Notes: a model not told the origin generated them from the letters alone. DNA of 64,000 nt from Mycoplasmatota bacterium (GCA_018394315.1 CP074575.1:1334615-1398614), one strand, 5' to 3'. Positions 53,101 to 62,550 are shown, counted from the first letter of the stretch. A program made the numbers and translations.

Positions 53101-53597
53101 ATGATACTGATGTTGCTGATTTTGATGGAACAAATGAATTAACTATCCTAAGAAGCTATGAAACTGAAAAGATCATTATGGCTGCTACTATCTCTGATGG
53201 TGTAACTGATATAGTTAAAGAATTTGAATTCAGAGCTGTTTCTGCTACTCCTGCAATTGTTAAAGCTAGAGTAGAAGATGAAATACCTGCTTCATTAGGT
53301 GTTAAGTACTTCGATACTGATGGTGCTGCAACTCCTATAGTTGACTTAGACACTATTCTAGAGCAAGTTGACTTTGAGGTATTTGAAGCTGCTGCTGATA
53401 TGAATATTACTTGGGAAACAGATGATACTAATTTAGCTACAGTTGAAGCTGGAAACATTTTAACTGCTAAAGCTGATATCAATGATAAAGTTGTTACTGT
53501 TACATTAACAGTTGAAGTTGATATGGACTCAGATGGAACTTATGATGTTGAAGTTTCTGAAGACTACGAAATTATCCTATTTGATTCTGTTGCTTAA
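50106..53597 (+). CDS. Large acidic lipoprotein 2, close paralog of lipoprotein 1
   Basis: Start ATG 50106 after GGGAGG; signal peptide identical to lipoprotein 1; same domain order; 1163 aa. Confidence 0.75.
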   Translation: MKKLFSLLAALALVLTLAACNQDPEEIIKEVIKEVEIEVPGETVYVEVPGPEVTKYVDVPGPEIEVEVYIDVPTEVENTRFYKPGVYFNNTDLGTDGFYTYTVVIVDAYGKIAGVMFDETKTTSEFLIGGDQLYVYVEGDGKTVPNTYRAIASNADFNEYPTAADAITADDLVVGIHETAIAELTEIVAHESRQILGEAWVGETELLAERIIADQTTYGVETAESGAVITAVNVEGVKLTNVDVLLGLVQDVLDGEAKLEESEVLATTPVHGLYEAGYEFGVTGRLVGDNVSYNTAFVAVDQYGRIAGVYTDATMAADLEGGHATNWITGANEWDNQAKALGEAIVKNQGVAFNLYDSTDYDVVIDGDSVHHYTNQVEGCTVAVEDMLTAINDSLGELDDWGTFNNGTYVVTGEVSHGGHAIMTVDIVGNAVKSIFLDNTSAVEQATVLRDDEWFPVYKFDREWLDAANEEQSETILVYLDVDEYIAVNEYTADGKTIDAGDEVTLTETELAGVEIVPGNYTKQILKERYGMNEENSWYTQANTLATAFVAAGNPYEVNLTDGTHTDLTGVTIGHVEEYQQLFVEALLLALEDDSDAPAELVEFTTIGDPDAELADGTYFASLEANSKGQQYMAYMVVDGGDIQSIVFDATLVKDEVVTTKLSLGEAYGMATEEDQLEWNMQAAAYAASVVEDQAAVVDTIEASFTYELDDEVLAGDWASVDTPAGVSIDVLNFQSLTEALVKQALVAQIEVEADAIFTQIAGEDTLFYSEMAVKPFTFNSTALTFGDDSQALFEIDFESSDNDVLDVDELAGPPATYQFVTEDVTANTDITITYTLTFDEYEFTEDITYTVQTAASAELAALNAEEDNFDAFTQIEGFNFDLTTINPTVATTDGTFLGWADENYDAEAPVYLTTTSGLAVGTHTLTALVSYNADDDTVSRDLVVTVLDVDAALEEVAATVKPANILHNGEVTSEAVFTFGNTTDVKGINITWNEDVDNDTDVADFDGTNELTILRSYETEKIIMAATISDGVTDIVKEFEFRAVSATPAIVKARVEDEIPASLGVKYFDTDGAATPIVDLDTILEQVDFEVFEAAADMNITWETDDTNLATVEAGNILTAKADINDKVVTVTLTVEVDMDSDGTYDVEVSEDYEIILFDSVA

Positions 53598-53605
53598 TTA
53601 TTAAC

Positions 53606-53641
53606 AAAAGGTGGAACCCGTAAGGGATCCCCTTTTTTTTT
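53606..53641 (+). terminator. Terminator after lipoprotein 2
   Basis: AAAAGGTGGAACCC-gtaa-GGGATCCCCTTTT plus T-run, homologous to 49883-49918. Confidence 0.75.
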
Positions 53642-53736
53642 GGAGGTTTAATCAATAAATCGACTTCCTTTTATCAATTTTTCTCTTTTAAATAATTAAA
53701 CTTTATATGCAGTAAAACTATTAAGGAGGAAAAGGA

Positions 53737-56700
53737 ATGAAGAAATTATTTACTTTACTTGCTGTGATTGGTTTAGTGTTTACTTTAGCTGCATGTAAAG
53801 AGTGTGTGCCTATTACTGAGTACGTAGACAAAATTGTGGAAGTACCAGGAGAAACAATTTATGTAGAAGTACCTGGTGAAAAAGAAATAGTAATTAAAAG
53901 AGAAGAAGTTCCGGGGCCAACAGTTTATGTTGAAGTGTATGTTCCTGAATCTGCTACGGTTGCTAACACTAGGCTATATAAGCCAGGCGTTTACTTTAAC
54001 AGTACTGAAATAGGATCAAACGGTGTACATTCATTTACAGTAGTAATTGTAGATTCATATGGGCATATTGCAGGAGTACTGTTTGATGAAACTAAGACTA
54101 CTAGTGAGTTCTTAATTGATGATGATAATAATCTATATGTTTATGTTGAGGGCGATGGTAAATCAATTCCAAACACTTATAGACTAATTGATGCTGAAGT
54201 TGCGATAGATGATTATCCTACCGCAATTGATGCTATTACAGCTGATGATTTAGTAGTTGGTATTCATCAGGCTCAGATTGCTAGCTTAAGTGAAATTGAG
54301 GCGAATGAGAGTAGACAGATTCGTGGGGGAGAATGGGTTGAGCAAACTCAAATTTTAGCTGATAGAATAGTTACTGACCAAACTACGTATGGGATTTTGA
54401 CATCTGTTTCGGGGGATGCAGTAACTACAACTAATGTCGAAGGTTTTTATTTGACTAACGTGGATATTTATTTAGATTTAGTTCAAGGGATACTTAATGG
54501 TGAAGCTAATTTAAGTGAAGATGATACGTTAGAGACTACACCTATTAATGGATTATACACTCCAGGTATGTACTTTGCTTCTACGGAAAGATTAGTTGGT
54601 TCTTCTGTAAACTATAACATTTCATTTGTTGCGGTAGATGAATATGGACGTATTGCTGGTGTTTATACTGATGCTACATTTGCTTCAGAAGTAGAAGGTG
54701 GACATTCTACTAAATGGATACTTGGTGAATTAGGATATCCTATGGCAGGTGGTTGGGATTCTCAAGCAAGAGCTTATGGAGAGGCTGTAGTTAAGAATCA
54801 AGGTACAGAAATGTTTAATTACTACCAAACAAAGGACTATGAGAATGAGGTTGAGATACCTGTATATGATAATGGTATTTTCTTACATAACTTAGATGAT
54901 GATGGAGAGAGATATCATCATATCTATACTGATCAGATATCTGGATGTACTGTAGGTATGGAAGGTATGGTAACTGCTACAGAAAGAGCAATCAATAAAG
55001 CTATTGATTGGAATCTAACTGACGGTACCTACTTTGTTAAAGGAGTTGGTGAAGAGAAACATGCGGTTATGTATGTGAATATTGAAGATAATGCAATCGA
55101 GTCAATATTCTTAGATAATACTCAGCCGACTGAAATTGCTCAAGTCTTTAGAAACAGTGAGTACTTTAATGTGTTTGTTTATACTAAGTACTGGGAAGAC
55201 ACTGCCGGTGAAAATAAGGAAACTGCTGTTTTAGTATACTTTGATGGTGATGATTACCGTTCTTTGAATGATATGGAATTTGGTGAGGATGAACTAGAAA
55301 AAGATGATAAAGTATCATTTGAAGTAGGTGAAGAAGAAAGATTAGAACCAGTTACCGGTAATACATCAAAACAGATTCTTAAAGAGAGATATGGTAACGG
55401 TGCATTATCAAGTAGTTGGCACATTCAGGGCAATGAGTTTTCATCAACATTTGTTGGTTCTACTTCACCTTATATAATTAATCTAACTGATGGTGAATAT
55501 ACAGATTCTATAACTGGTGTTACAATTAAAGTAGATAATTATCAACAATTATTAGTAGAAGCATTACTGAATGCATCAAGTGCTGATGCAGTTAAATATT
55601 CATTAATTGATGATGTTGATGTAGCTAATGGTTCAGCTAAATTAGCTGATGGAGTTTATTTTTCTAGTCTTGAAACTGATGAACATGGTAACCAGTATTT
55701 AGCGTTTATGTATGTGAAAGATAATATTATTCAGTCAATTGTATTTGATGCAGTATTGGATAGAGATGATTTAACAACAACTAAAAACTCATTAGGTGAT
55801 GCATATGGTTTAGCTAGTGTATCTACAATTGGGGAAGACGGAGCTGAATGGTATGTTCAAGCAGCTACATATGCTGAATATGTGTTAGATAATCAGTCTG
55901 CTATAATTCAACCAATTGAAAGTGGATATGATTATACTGCGAATGATGAATTTGGCAACGCTAACTTTGCTGATACAGTAACGGGAGTTTCTATTACAAA
56001 AGCTACGTTCGAAAACTTAACTATAGATTTAATTCAACAAGCATTGAAAGCAAGAGTATTAGAAGAAGCGAATATCATATTAGATGGAATTAATGATTCA
56101 GATGATCTCGATTTAGGTGTAATGATTGGTTCGATTGATGAAACGTATTCTACAAATATTAATTTATCAAGAAAAATTGGTTCATTAAGTACTACATCAT
56201 TTGATGTTTCATGGGAATCTACTGATGATGATATTATTGATGTTTCTAGTAATGATTTAGTATTTAAAGCTGGAGATGTTGATGTTAATACTGAATGTAC
56301 AATTACGGCTGTTCTTGAATATGACAATGAAGAGATTGCTAGTAGAGATATCACGTTTACTGTAGTAACTCCTGCCGCTGGTAATAATTTAATATTTGAA
56401 AAATATATTAAAGATAATGAGTTAGATGGTTTAATTGCTGTTGAAGGATATAATATGCCTCTAATTGGAACGGAGTTTATAATCCTAGAAGCAGGGTTAC
56501 CAACAAGTAATAACGGATTCTTTGTAACTCTTGACGGTGAAGATACAAAGATTGATAATATTAATGATCTACCTGATGGAAATCATGTAATCACTATGAA
56601 GGGTCAGTATGAAGAGGATACTTTTGTAACTGAGACATTTAATGTTACAATTCTTACAATTGAAGAAGCATTAGAAGAGGTTAAAGGTACTGTAAAAGCA

Positions 56701-57282
56701 GCAAATATATTAGATAATGGAGAAGTAACGCTAGAAGAATTTACTCTAAGTACTGAAAGTAGCGTTATTGGTATAAATGTGTCTTGGGAACTAGATGAAG
56801 ACTCTGAGGATGTCGCTACTATTGATGAGAATATACTAACAATAAAACGTACTTATAGATATGAAAAAATAGGCTTAGAAGCTACTATTGAAACAGATCC
56901 GATTAAAGTCCTTCCTTATGATTCATCGACTGTTATTTATGATTTTAGAGCGGTTCCAGTAGATGTTAAGCTTGCTAATAGTAGAATAAATGATGTATTA
57001 AAAGATGTTAATCTTGGTGTAAGGTACTTTGATACTTCTGAGACGATTATTATAGAAGATATAGACAATGTAATTAATGAATTTGATTCATTAGAACAAG
57101 CTCAAATGACTATTGAATGGAGCACTGATAATGAAGCTGTAAGAGTAAATGGTTTAGATGATTTAGTGGTAGATGCATTATTTGAAGGTGATGTGACAAT
57201 AGAACTTGAGATATTACTAGATATTGACAGTAGTACTGAGTTAACATTTACTAAGTTATTTGATATTACTTTCTTTAAATAA
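53737..57282 (+). CDS. Large acidic lipoprotein 3, more diverged paralog
   Basis: Lipobox LAA-C20, EVPG repeats, same four repeats (ISGCT, ITGVT, VTGVS), same C-terminal architecture. Confidence 0.75.
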   Translation: MKKLFTLLAVIGLVFTLAACKECVPITEYVDKIVEVPGETIYVEVPGEKEIVIKREEVPGPTVYVEVYVPESATVANTRLYKPGVYFNSTEIGSNGVHSFTVVIVDSYGHIAGVLFDETKTTSEFLIDDDNNLYVYVEGDGKSIPNTYRLIDAEVAIDDYPTAIDAITADDLVVGIHQAQIASLSEIEANESRQIRGGEWVEQTQILADRIVTDQTTYGILTSVSGDAVTTTNVEGFYLTNVDIYLDLVQGILNGEANLSEDDTLETTPINGLYTPGMYFASTERLVGSSVNYNISFVAVDEYGRIAGVYTDATFASEVEGGHSTKWILGELGYPMAGGWDSQARAYGEAVVKNQGTEMFNYYQTKDYENEVEIPVYDNGIFLHNLDDDGERYHHIYTDQISGCTVGMEGMVTATERAINKAIDWNLTDGTYFVKGVGEEKHAVMYVNIEDNAIESIFLDNTQPTEIAQVFRNSEYFNVFVYTKYWEDTAGENKETAVLVYFDGDDYRSLNDMEFGEDELEKDDKVSFEVGEEERLEPVTGNTSKQILKERYGNGALSSSWHIQGNEFSSTFVGSTSPYIINLTDGEYTDSITGVTIKVDNYQQLLVEALLNASSADAVKYSLIDDVDVANGSAKLADGVYFSSLETDEHGNQYLAFMYVKDNIIQSIVFDAVLDRDDLTTTKNSLGDAYGLASVSTIGEDGAEWYVQAATYAEYVLDNQSAIIQPIESGYDYTANDEFGNANFADTVTGVSITKATFENLTIDLIQQALKARVLEEANIILDGINDSDDLDLGVMIGSIDETYSTNINLSRKIGSLSTTSFDVSWESTDDDIIDVSSNDLVFKAGDVDVNTECTITAVLEYDNEEIASRDITFTVVTPAAGNNLIFEKYIKDNELDGLIAVEGYNMPLIGTEFIILEAGLPTSNNGFFVTLDGEDTKIDNINDLPDGNHVITMKGQYEEDTFVTETFNVTILTIEEALEEVKGTVKAANILDNGEVTLEEFTLSTESSVIGINVSWELDEDSEDVATIDENILTIKRTYRYEKIGLEATIETDPIKVLPYDSSTVIYDFRAVPVDVKLANSRINDVLKDVNLGVRYFDTSETIIIEDIDNVINEFDSLEQAQMTIEWSTDNEAVRVNGLDDLVVDALFEGDVTIELEILLDIDSSTELTFTKLFDITFFK

Positions 57283-57318
57283 AAAAGGTTGATTCTCTAT
57301 AATGAGAATCAACTTTTT
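57283..57318. terminator. Bidirectional terminator
   Basis: AAAAGGTTGATTCTC-tataat-GAGAATCAACTTTT between convergent genes. Confidence 0.8.
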
Positions 57319-57520
57319 ATATTTGCGTTGAGATATTATCGATTAGTCTACTCTTGTCTTCAACAGATGAAGAATTCCATATTAGTTCAAATAATACTCC
57401 TAGACCAGGGAGTGTTTTTTCTTCTCCACTATTTAGTGCATCTAAAATCGTTTTATTAATATCATCATGTGAAGCACCTTTTAAATTTGCAATTACCGCT
57501 TGTCTAATATCTATATTCAT
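57317..57520 (-). CDS. sspI: Small acid-soluble spore protein SspI
   Basis: R.AVIAN..G......TI.DA..SGEEK.LPGLGVLFE.IW. Confidence 0.92.
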   Translation of the reverse strand: MNIDIRQAVIANLKGASHDDINKTILDALNSGEEKTLPGLGVLFELIWNSSSVEDKSRLIDNISTQI

Positions 57521-57536
57521 AAATACCTCCTAAATC

Positions 57537-57565
57537 TATTTTTAGATAGATGTATATTTTTATAC
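57537..57565 (-). promoter_or_regulatory. Candidate sigmaG promoter of sspI
   Basis: Minus strand reads GTATA-N17-AAAAATA. Confidence 0.45.
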
Positions 57566-57615
57566 CGAATTTTGTTAAAATACTTTTGGAATGTTTATAA
57601 AAAAAGGAGTTAAAT

Positions 57616-58254
57616 ATGAGATTAAGAAAAATAAAAGGAGCAATGGAGTTATTAAGGAGTCATGATGACATAGTTGTCCTAAATCCTACTGAGTATTATG
57701 GTAGATGGAGTGAACTATTTGGTAACTCCAATCCGATTAATATTGAAATTGGATGCGGTAAAGGAAAATTTGTTTATGAAATGGCAATAAAAAATCCTAA
57801 TATAAATTTTATAGCTATTGAAAAATATGACAGTGTTCTAATAAAGGCTCTCAGAAAATTTATTAATAACAATATTGATAATGTTAAACTGGTTTTATTT
57901 GATGCATTTGAGTTAGAGAATATTTTTGATAAAGAAGTAGAGAATCTATATCTAAACTTTTCTGACCCATGGCCTAAAGCGAAACATGCAAAGAGAAGAT
58001 TAACGCATGCTAATTTTTTAAAACAGTATAAAAATATAATAAATAATGCTATTATATTTAAGACGGATAATCTTGACTTGTTTAATTATTCAATTGAAAG
58101 TATGACTGATTTTGGAATGGTTATCTTAGAAAAAACTAATGATCTTCATAGTTTAGATGTTGAAAACACGATGACTGAATTTGAAAAAAAGTTTTCTGAA
58201 CAAGGTATTAAGATTAATAGATTAGTTGCTAGATTCGAGAAAGACGAGGGTTAA
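57616..58254 (+). CDS. trmB: tRNA (guanine-N7)-methyltransferase
   Basis: IEIGCGKG.F, LNFSDPWPK..H.KRRLT, FKTDN, TE.E.KF. Confidence 0.96.
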   Translation: MRLRKIKGAMELLRSHDDIVVLNPTEYYGRWSELFGNSNPINIEIGCGKGKFVYEMAIKNPNINFIAIEKYDSVLIKALRKFINNNIDNVKLVLFDAFELENIFDKEVENLYLNFSDPWPKAKHAKRRLTHANFLKQYKNIINNAIIFKTDNLDLFNYSIESMTDFGMVILEKTNDLHSLDVENTMTEFEKKFSEQGIKINRLVARFEKDEG

Positions 58255-58256
58255 AA

Positions 58257-59321
58257 ATGAACAACAAAGATTTATACTATAAGTTATTTGATTTACCTGG
58301 TGTTGCAGGTGGAGAGCATTTTGTAAAAGATTTTGTAAAAAGTGAATTAGAGAAGTATTCAGATGAAATCGTAATGGATAAGATAGGTAGTGTTTTTGGA
58401 ATCAAACATGGACCAAAGGGTAGCCCAGTTGTGATGTTTGCAGGTCACATGGATGAGGTAGGTGCTATTGTAGTAGGATTTAAAGAAAATGGACTTATTA
58501 AGATGAAGTCATTAGGTGGAATGAATGGGAAAGTTTTTTCATCTCAACACATGAATGTTATTTTAGAAGATGGAACTAAAATTCCTGGTATAACTGGTAC
58601 AGTACCTCCACACTTAAAGGAAGCTGCTAAAAATGCTGATGAGTTTGATGATTTGTTGCTTGATATAGGTGCTGATAATGAGGATCACGCTAAAGAATTA
58701 GGAATTAAAATTGGAGACATGATAGTTCCTGAAAACAGAATAGTTGAAACTATTGATGGAAAAAAAGTAATTTCAAAAGCTGTAGATGACCGCTGGGGTT
58801 GTGGAATGGTTATTGAGCTAATGAAAGATATTAAAGATTTAGATTTAAATTGTACCGTTGTTGCTGGATGTACAGTACAAGAAGAGGTTGGATTAAGAGG
58901 TGCCCAAACTGCATCACAAATGATTAATCCTGATATTTTTATAGCTTTAGATGCTTCTCCATGTGGAGATGTTATTAAAAGTCCTCAAGCATGGGGGAAA
59001 TTTGGAGATGGATTTTTACTAAGATTTTTAGATAGAGTTGCTGTTATGCATAAAGGTATGAAAAAGTTATTTATAGAAACTGCCAAAGATAATGATATTA
59101 AATATCAGTATTTCTATTCTGCAGGTGGAACAGATGCTGGGAAAGCTCAATTATCTCATTCTGGTATTGCTGCTGCTACAATAGGTCTTCCAACGAGATA
59201 TATTCATTCAACAACATCAATGTTCCATGAGGATGATCATGAAGCTGCAAAAGCAATTGTTAGAGCTTTAGTTAAGAAAATAGATTCTAATGTTCTTAAA
59301 GAAGTACATAAAAACGTTTAA
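58257..59321 (+). CDS. M42 family aminopeptidase
   Basis: AGHMDEVG, SKAVDDR.G, TVQEEVGLRGA, GGTDAG, RYIHS. Confidence 0.94.
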   Translation: MNNKDLYYKLFDLPGVAGGEHFVKDFVKSELEKYSDEIVMDKIGSVFGIKHGPKGSPVVMFAGHMDEVGAIVVGFKENGLIKMKSLGGMNGKVFSSQHMNVILEDGTKIPGITGTVPPHLKEAAKNADEFDDLLLDIGADNEDHAKELGIKIGDMIVPENRIVETIDGKKVISKAVDDRWGCGMVIELMKDIKDLDLNCTVVAGCTVQEEVGLRGAQTASQMINPDIFIALDASPCGDVIKSPQAWGKFGDGFLLRFLDRVAVMHKGMKKLFIETAKDNDIKYQYFYSAGGTDAGKAQLSHSGIAAATIGLPTRYIHSTTSMFHEDDHEAAKAIVRALVKKIDSNVLKEVHKNV

Positions 59322-59391
59322 TATTTAATTGACAAATTGATAATAGAAAATTATAATATATTAAAATAACTAATGAAAGAGGTATGAGGGT

Positions 59392-59616
59392 ATGATTTTT
59401 GAAAAGGTTAGAGATATTATTGTAACTGAATTAGCGATTGGTTCTGATGAAGTTGCATTAGGTTCGAGTTTATCGGATGATCTAAATGCAGACTCTTTAG
59501 ATGCAGTAGAATTGATCATGGCAATAGAAGATGAGTTTGATTGCGAGGTTCCTGATTCTGAGCTTAAAAATATTAGAACAGTTAAAGATATCGTAGATTA
59601 CTTAGAAAATTTATAA
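59392..59616 (+). CDS. acpP: Acyl carrier protein
   Basis: DL.ADSLD.VEL.MA.EDEF, TV.D.V.Y. Confidence 0.95.
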   Translation: MIFEKVRDIIVTELAIGSDEVALGSSLSDDLNADSLDAVELIMAIEDEFDCEVPDSELKNIRTVKDIVDYLENL

Positions 59617-59625
59617 TTTTTCTTG

Positions 59626-59651
59626 AAGTTCGTAAGAACTTCTTTTTTTTT
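59626..59651 (+). terminator. Terminator after acpP
   Basis: GAAGTTC-gtaa-GAACTTC plus T-run. Confidence 0.75.
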
Positions 59652-59698
59652 CTTTTAACTTTCTAAACAAAGATGTATAATCATCTTGGAGGTATCTT

Positions 59699-61252
59699 AT
59701 GTATAAAGAGTGGCTAAAGAATGTAAGTGATGATGATAAAGAGACTCTATTAAATATGACTGAAGCAGAAATAGAGGATAGCTTCTATTCTACCTTATCC
59801 TTTGGAACAGCCGGAATAAGAGGAGAACTTGGTTTAGGGACTAATAAATTTAATATTTACCAAGTTAGAAGGGTGATTCATGGTTTTGGTCTATATCTTA
59901 AAGAAAATAAAAGGAAGTTAATAATAGTTGCATATGATAATAGACATATGTCAAAAGAGTTTGCTATAGAGACTATTAGTATCTTGGAAGGTATAGGTAT
60001 AAGTACGTTAATCTTTGATGAAATGAGACCTACTCCATTACTTTCTTATGCTGTTAGGTATTTAAATGCATGTGGTGGTGTCATAATAACCGCAAGTCAT
60101 AATCCAAAAGAATATAATGGAATTAAGCTTTATGATGAAATTGGTAGACAGTTAATTCCTGAAGAGATAATTCCAGTATCTGAGAGAATTGATGAGTTAG
60201 GGTATTTTGATAATAGCTTTGACTGTGTTAGCCCGAAAATCATAAATAAAGAAGTTGAGGTTGAGTATCTTAAAATGGTTAAATCTATTTCTTTAAATAA
60301 GGTTGAACCAATTGTAGCGGTTTTTACTCCATTACATGGTACGGGTGGCGTTTTCATTAAGGATATTTTACCTAATATTTATCTTGTTAAAGAACAAATG
60401 AAAGCTGATCCTAATTTTAGTTCAGTTTATTTACCAAATCCTGAAGATGTTAATGCATTTGATTTAGCAATTAAATTAGGAAAGAAAGTAAATGCAGACA
60501 TTCTGCTTGCGACTGATCCAGATGCAGACCGTGTAGGTTGTATGATATATGATAATGGATATCATTTTCTAAACGGTAATGAGATTGCGATTATATTATT
60601 GAATTATATTTTAGAAAATAAAAATTTAGATAATGGAATTGTTTATAAATCGATTGTTTCTAGTGGATTAGGTAACGCCATATGCAAAAAGTATGGAGTT
60701 AAAATGGAAGAAACTTTAACAGGCTTTAAGTACATTGGAAAGAAGATGAATGAGACTGATAAAGAATTTTTATTTGGATACGAAGAAAGTCATGGATGTA
60801 TAATAAGTGACTCAGTAAGAGATAAAGATGCTCTACAAGCAACTTATATGCTTTATGAGGCTTGTAGTTATTATAAATTAAAAGGATTAACACTTCTAAA
60901 TGTACTTGAAAATCTGTATAATGAATTCGGAAGATATAATAATTTAACAGTATCTTATACACTAAGGGGTCAACTTGGTTTAAAGCATAAGAGTATGATA
61001 ATGGATTATTTTAGAAGTAATATGATTAGTGGTGCTTTAAGAAAAATTGATTATCTTAATGAAACTGGATTAATGAAGGATGATATTGTTAAGTTTGAAC
61101 TTGATGGTGGGTCAGTTATTATAAGACCAAGCGGAACAGAACCTAAAATCAAAGTGTATTTAGAGTCATTTAGTGATACTTTAAAGATAGACAAACTAGA
61201 AGAAAGAATTTCTATAATAATTGAAAATATAAAGGGAGAGAATGATGAATAA
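59699..61252 (+). CDS. Phosphoglucomutase/phosphomannomutase-family protein
   Basis: FGTAG.RG, ITASHNP.EYNG.K, DPDADR, GYEES.G, RPSGTEPKIK.Y. Confidence 0.94.
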   Translation: MYKEWLKNVSDDDKETLLNMTEAEIEDSFYSTLSFGTAGIRGELGLGTNKFNIYQVRRVIHGFGLYLKENKRKLIIVAYDNRHMSKEFAIETISILEGIGISTLIFDEMRPTPLLSYAVRYLNACGGVIITASHNPKEYNGIKLYDEIGRQLIPEEIIPVSERIDELGYFDNSFDCVSPKIINKEVEVEYLKMVKSISLNKVEPIVAVFTPLHGTGGVFIKDILPNIYLVKEQMKADPNFSSVYLPNPEDVNAFDLAIKLGKKVNADILLATDPDADRVGCMIYDNGYHFLNGNEIAIILLNYILENKNLDNGIVYKSIVSSGLGNAICKKYGVKMEETLTGFKYIGKKMNETDKEFLFGYEESHGCIISDSVRDKDALQATYMLYEACSYYKLKGLTLLNVLENLYNEFGRYNNLTVSYTLRGQLGLKHKSMIMDYFRSNMISGALRKIDYLNETGLMKDDIVKFELDGGSVIIRPSGTEPKIKVYLESFSDTLKIDKLEERISIIIENIKGENDE

Positions 61253-62501
61253 GAATAATTTTATTAAGAATCGAGAGAATTTAGTTAAGAAATTAGATAA
61301 AGCTTCAATTGTGGCAGTTTTTGCAGGTATAGAGAAACATAAATCTGCAGATGCATTTTATACATTTACGCCTAACAGAAATTTCTACTATTTAACGGGA
61401 ATTGAAAGAGAAAATATGATTTTATTAATGAATAGTACAAATAATTCAACTTATCTTTTTATTGAGGAGAATACCGAATATAAAGAAAAGTGGTTAGGGG
61501 CTAGAATGAGTAAAGAAAAAGCCAGTGAAATATCTGGTATTGAGGAAAAGAATATTTTTTACTTAGAAGCATTTGAAAAACACTTTCAATCATTATTAAC
61601 TTCTAGAATGAATTTATATCCAAAATATTTATATTTAGATTTGTTAAGGGATAAGGGTAATGAACATCCAGAGACTTTTGAGTTTGCTAGGAAAGTTAAA
61701 GATAAATATCCAGAATTAATAATTCAAAATCTTGAATTTCATTTAAACACTTTGAGAATGATTAAGACTAAAGAAGAAATTGATGAAATTAAGAAGGCTG
61801 TGGATATCACTAAAGAAGGTATTGAGAGTTTAATGAAGAATTCAAAAGTTGGATTATATGAATACCAATTAGAGTCTTATTATAAGCAGTCAATAATGTA
61901 TAACAATTCGTCTGAGTCATTTCCAACAATAGCTGCAAGTGGAGGTAATGCTACTGTTTTGCATTATGTAGATAATAATTCTTTATTAAAGGATAATACA
62001 TTAATATTATTTGATTTAGGGGCGTATAGTAGTCATTATTGTTCTGACATAACTCGTACTTTTCCTGTTAATGGAAAGTTCACCGAGAGACAAAAGGAAA
62101 TATATGAAGTTGTTTTAAAAGCTAATAAAGAGTCAATTAAACATATTAAACCAGGAATGACATTTGTAGAAATAAACAAATTTGCTAGAGATATTTTAAT
62201 TGAAGGATGTAAGGGACTTGGATTAATGACAGAGGATAAAGACATCTCGAAATTTTATTATCATGGTCTAGGTCATTATTTAGGTCTAGATGTTCATGAT
62301 GTTGGTCACTACAAGACTATAGAAGAAGGAATGGTTTTAACTATTGAACCGGGATTATATATTAAAGAAGAAAACATTGGAGTTAGAATCGAAGATGACA
62401 TTGTGATTACTAAAGATGGATGTATTAATTTAAGTTCAAATATTATTAAAGAAGTCGATGAAATTGAAGAATTTATGAAGAATAATCCTAAAAATCAGTA
62501 A
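61242..62501 (+). CDS. Xaa-Pro aminopeptidase (aminopeptidase P, with N-terminal domain)
   Basis: F..NRNFYYLTG, LHY, DLGA....Y.SDITRT.P.NG.F, HGLGH.LGLDVHD, EPGLY, GVRIEDD. Confidence 0.93.
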   Translation: MMNKNNFIKNRENLVKKLDKASIVAVFAGIEKHKSADAFYTFTPNRNFYYLTGIERENMILLMNSTNNSTYLFIEENTEYKEKWLGARMSKEKASEISGIEEKNIFYLEAFEKHFQSLLTSRMNLYPKYLYLDLLRDKGNEHPETFEFARKVKDKYPELIIQNLEFHLNTLRMIKTKEEIDEIKKAVDITKEGIESLMKNSKVGLYEYQLESYYKQSIMYNNSSESFPTIAASGGNATVLHYVDNNSLLKDNTLILFDLGAYSSHYCSDITRTFPVNGKFTERQKEIYEVVLKANKESIKHIKPGMTFVEINKFARDILIEGCKGLGLMTEDKDISKFYYHGLGHYLGLDVHDVGHYKTIEEGMVLTIEPGLYIKEENIGVRIEDDIVITKDGCINLSSNIIKEVDEIEEFMKNNPKNQ

Positions 62502-62550
62502 TTGAATTTTGGTATAAAATTATATTACAAATTTTGGGTGGAGGATTATT

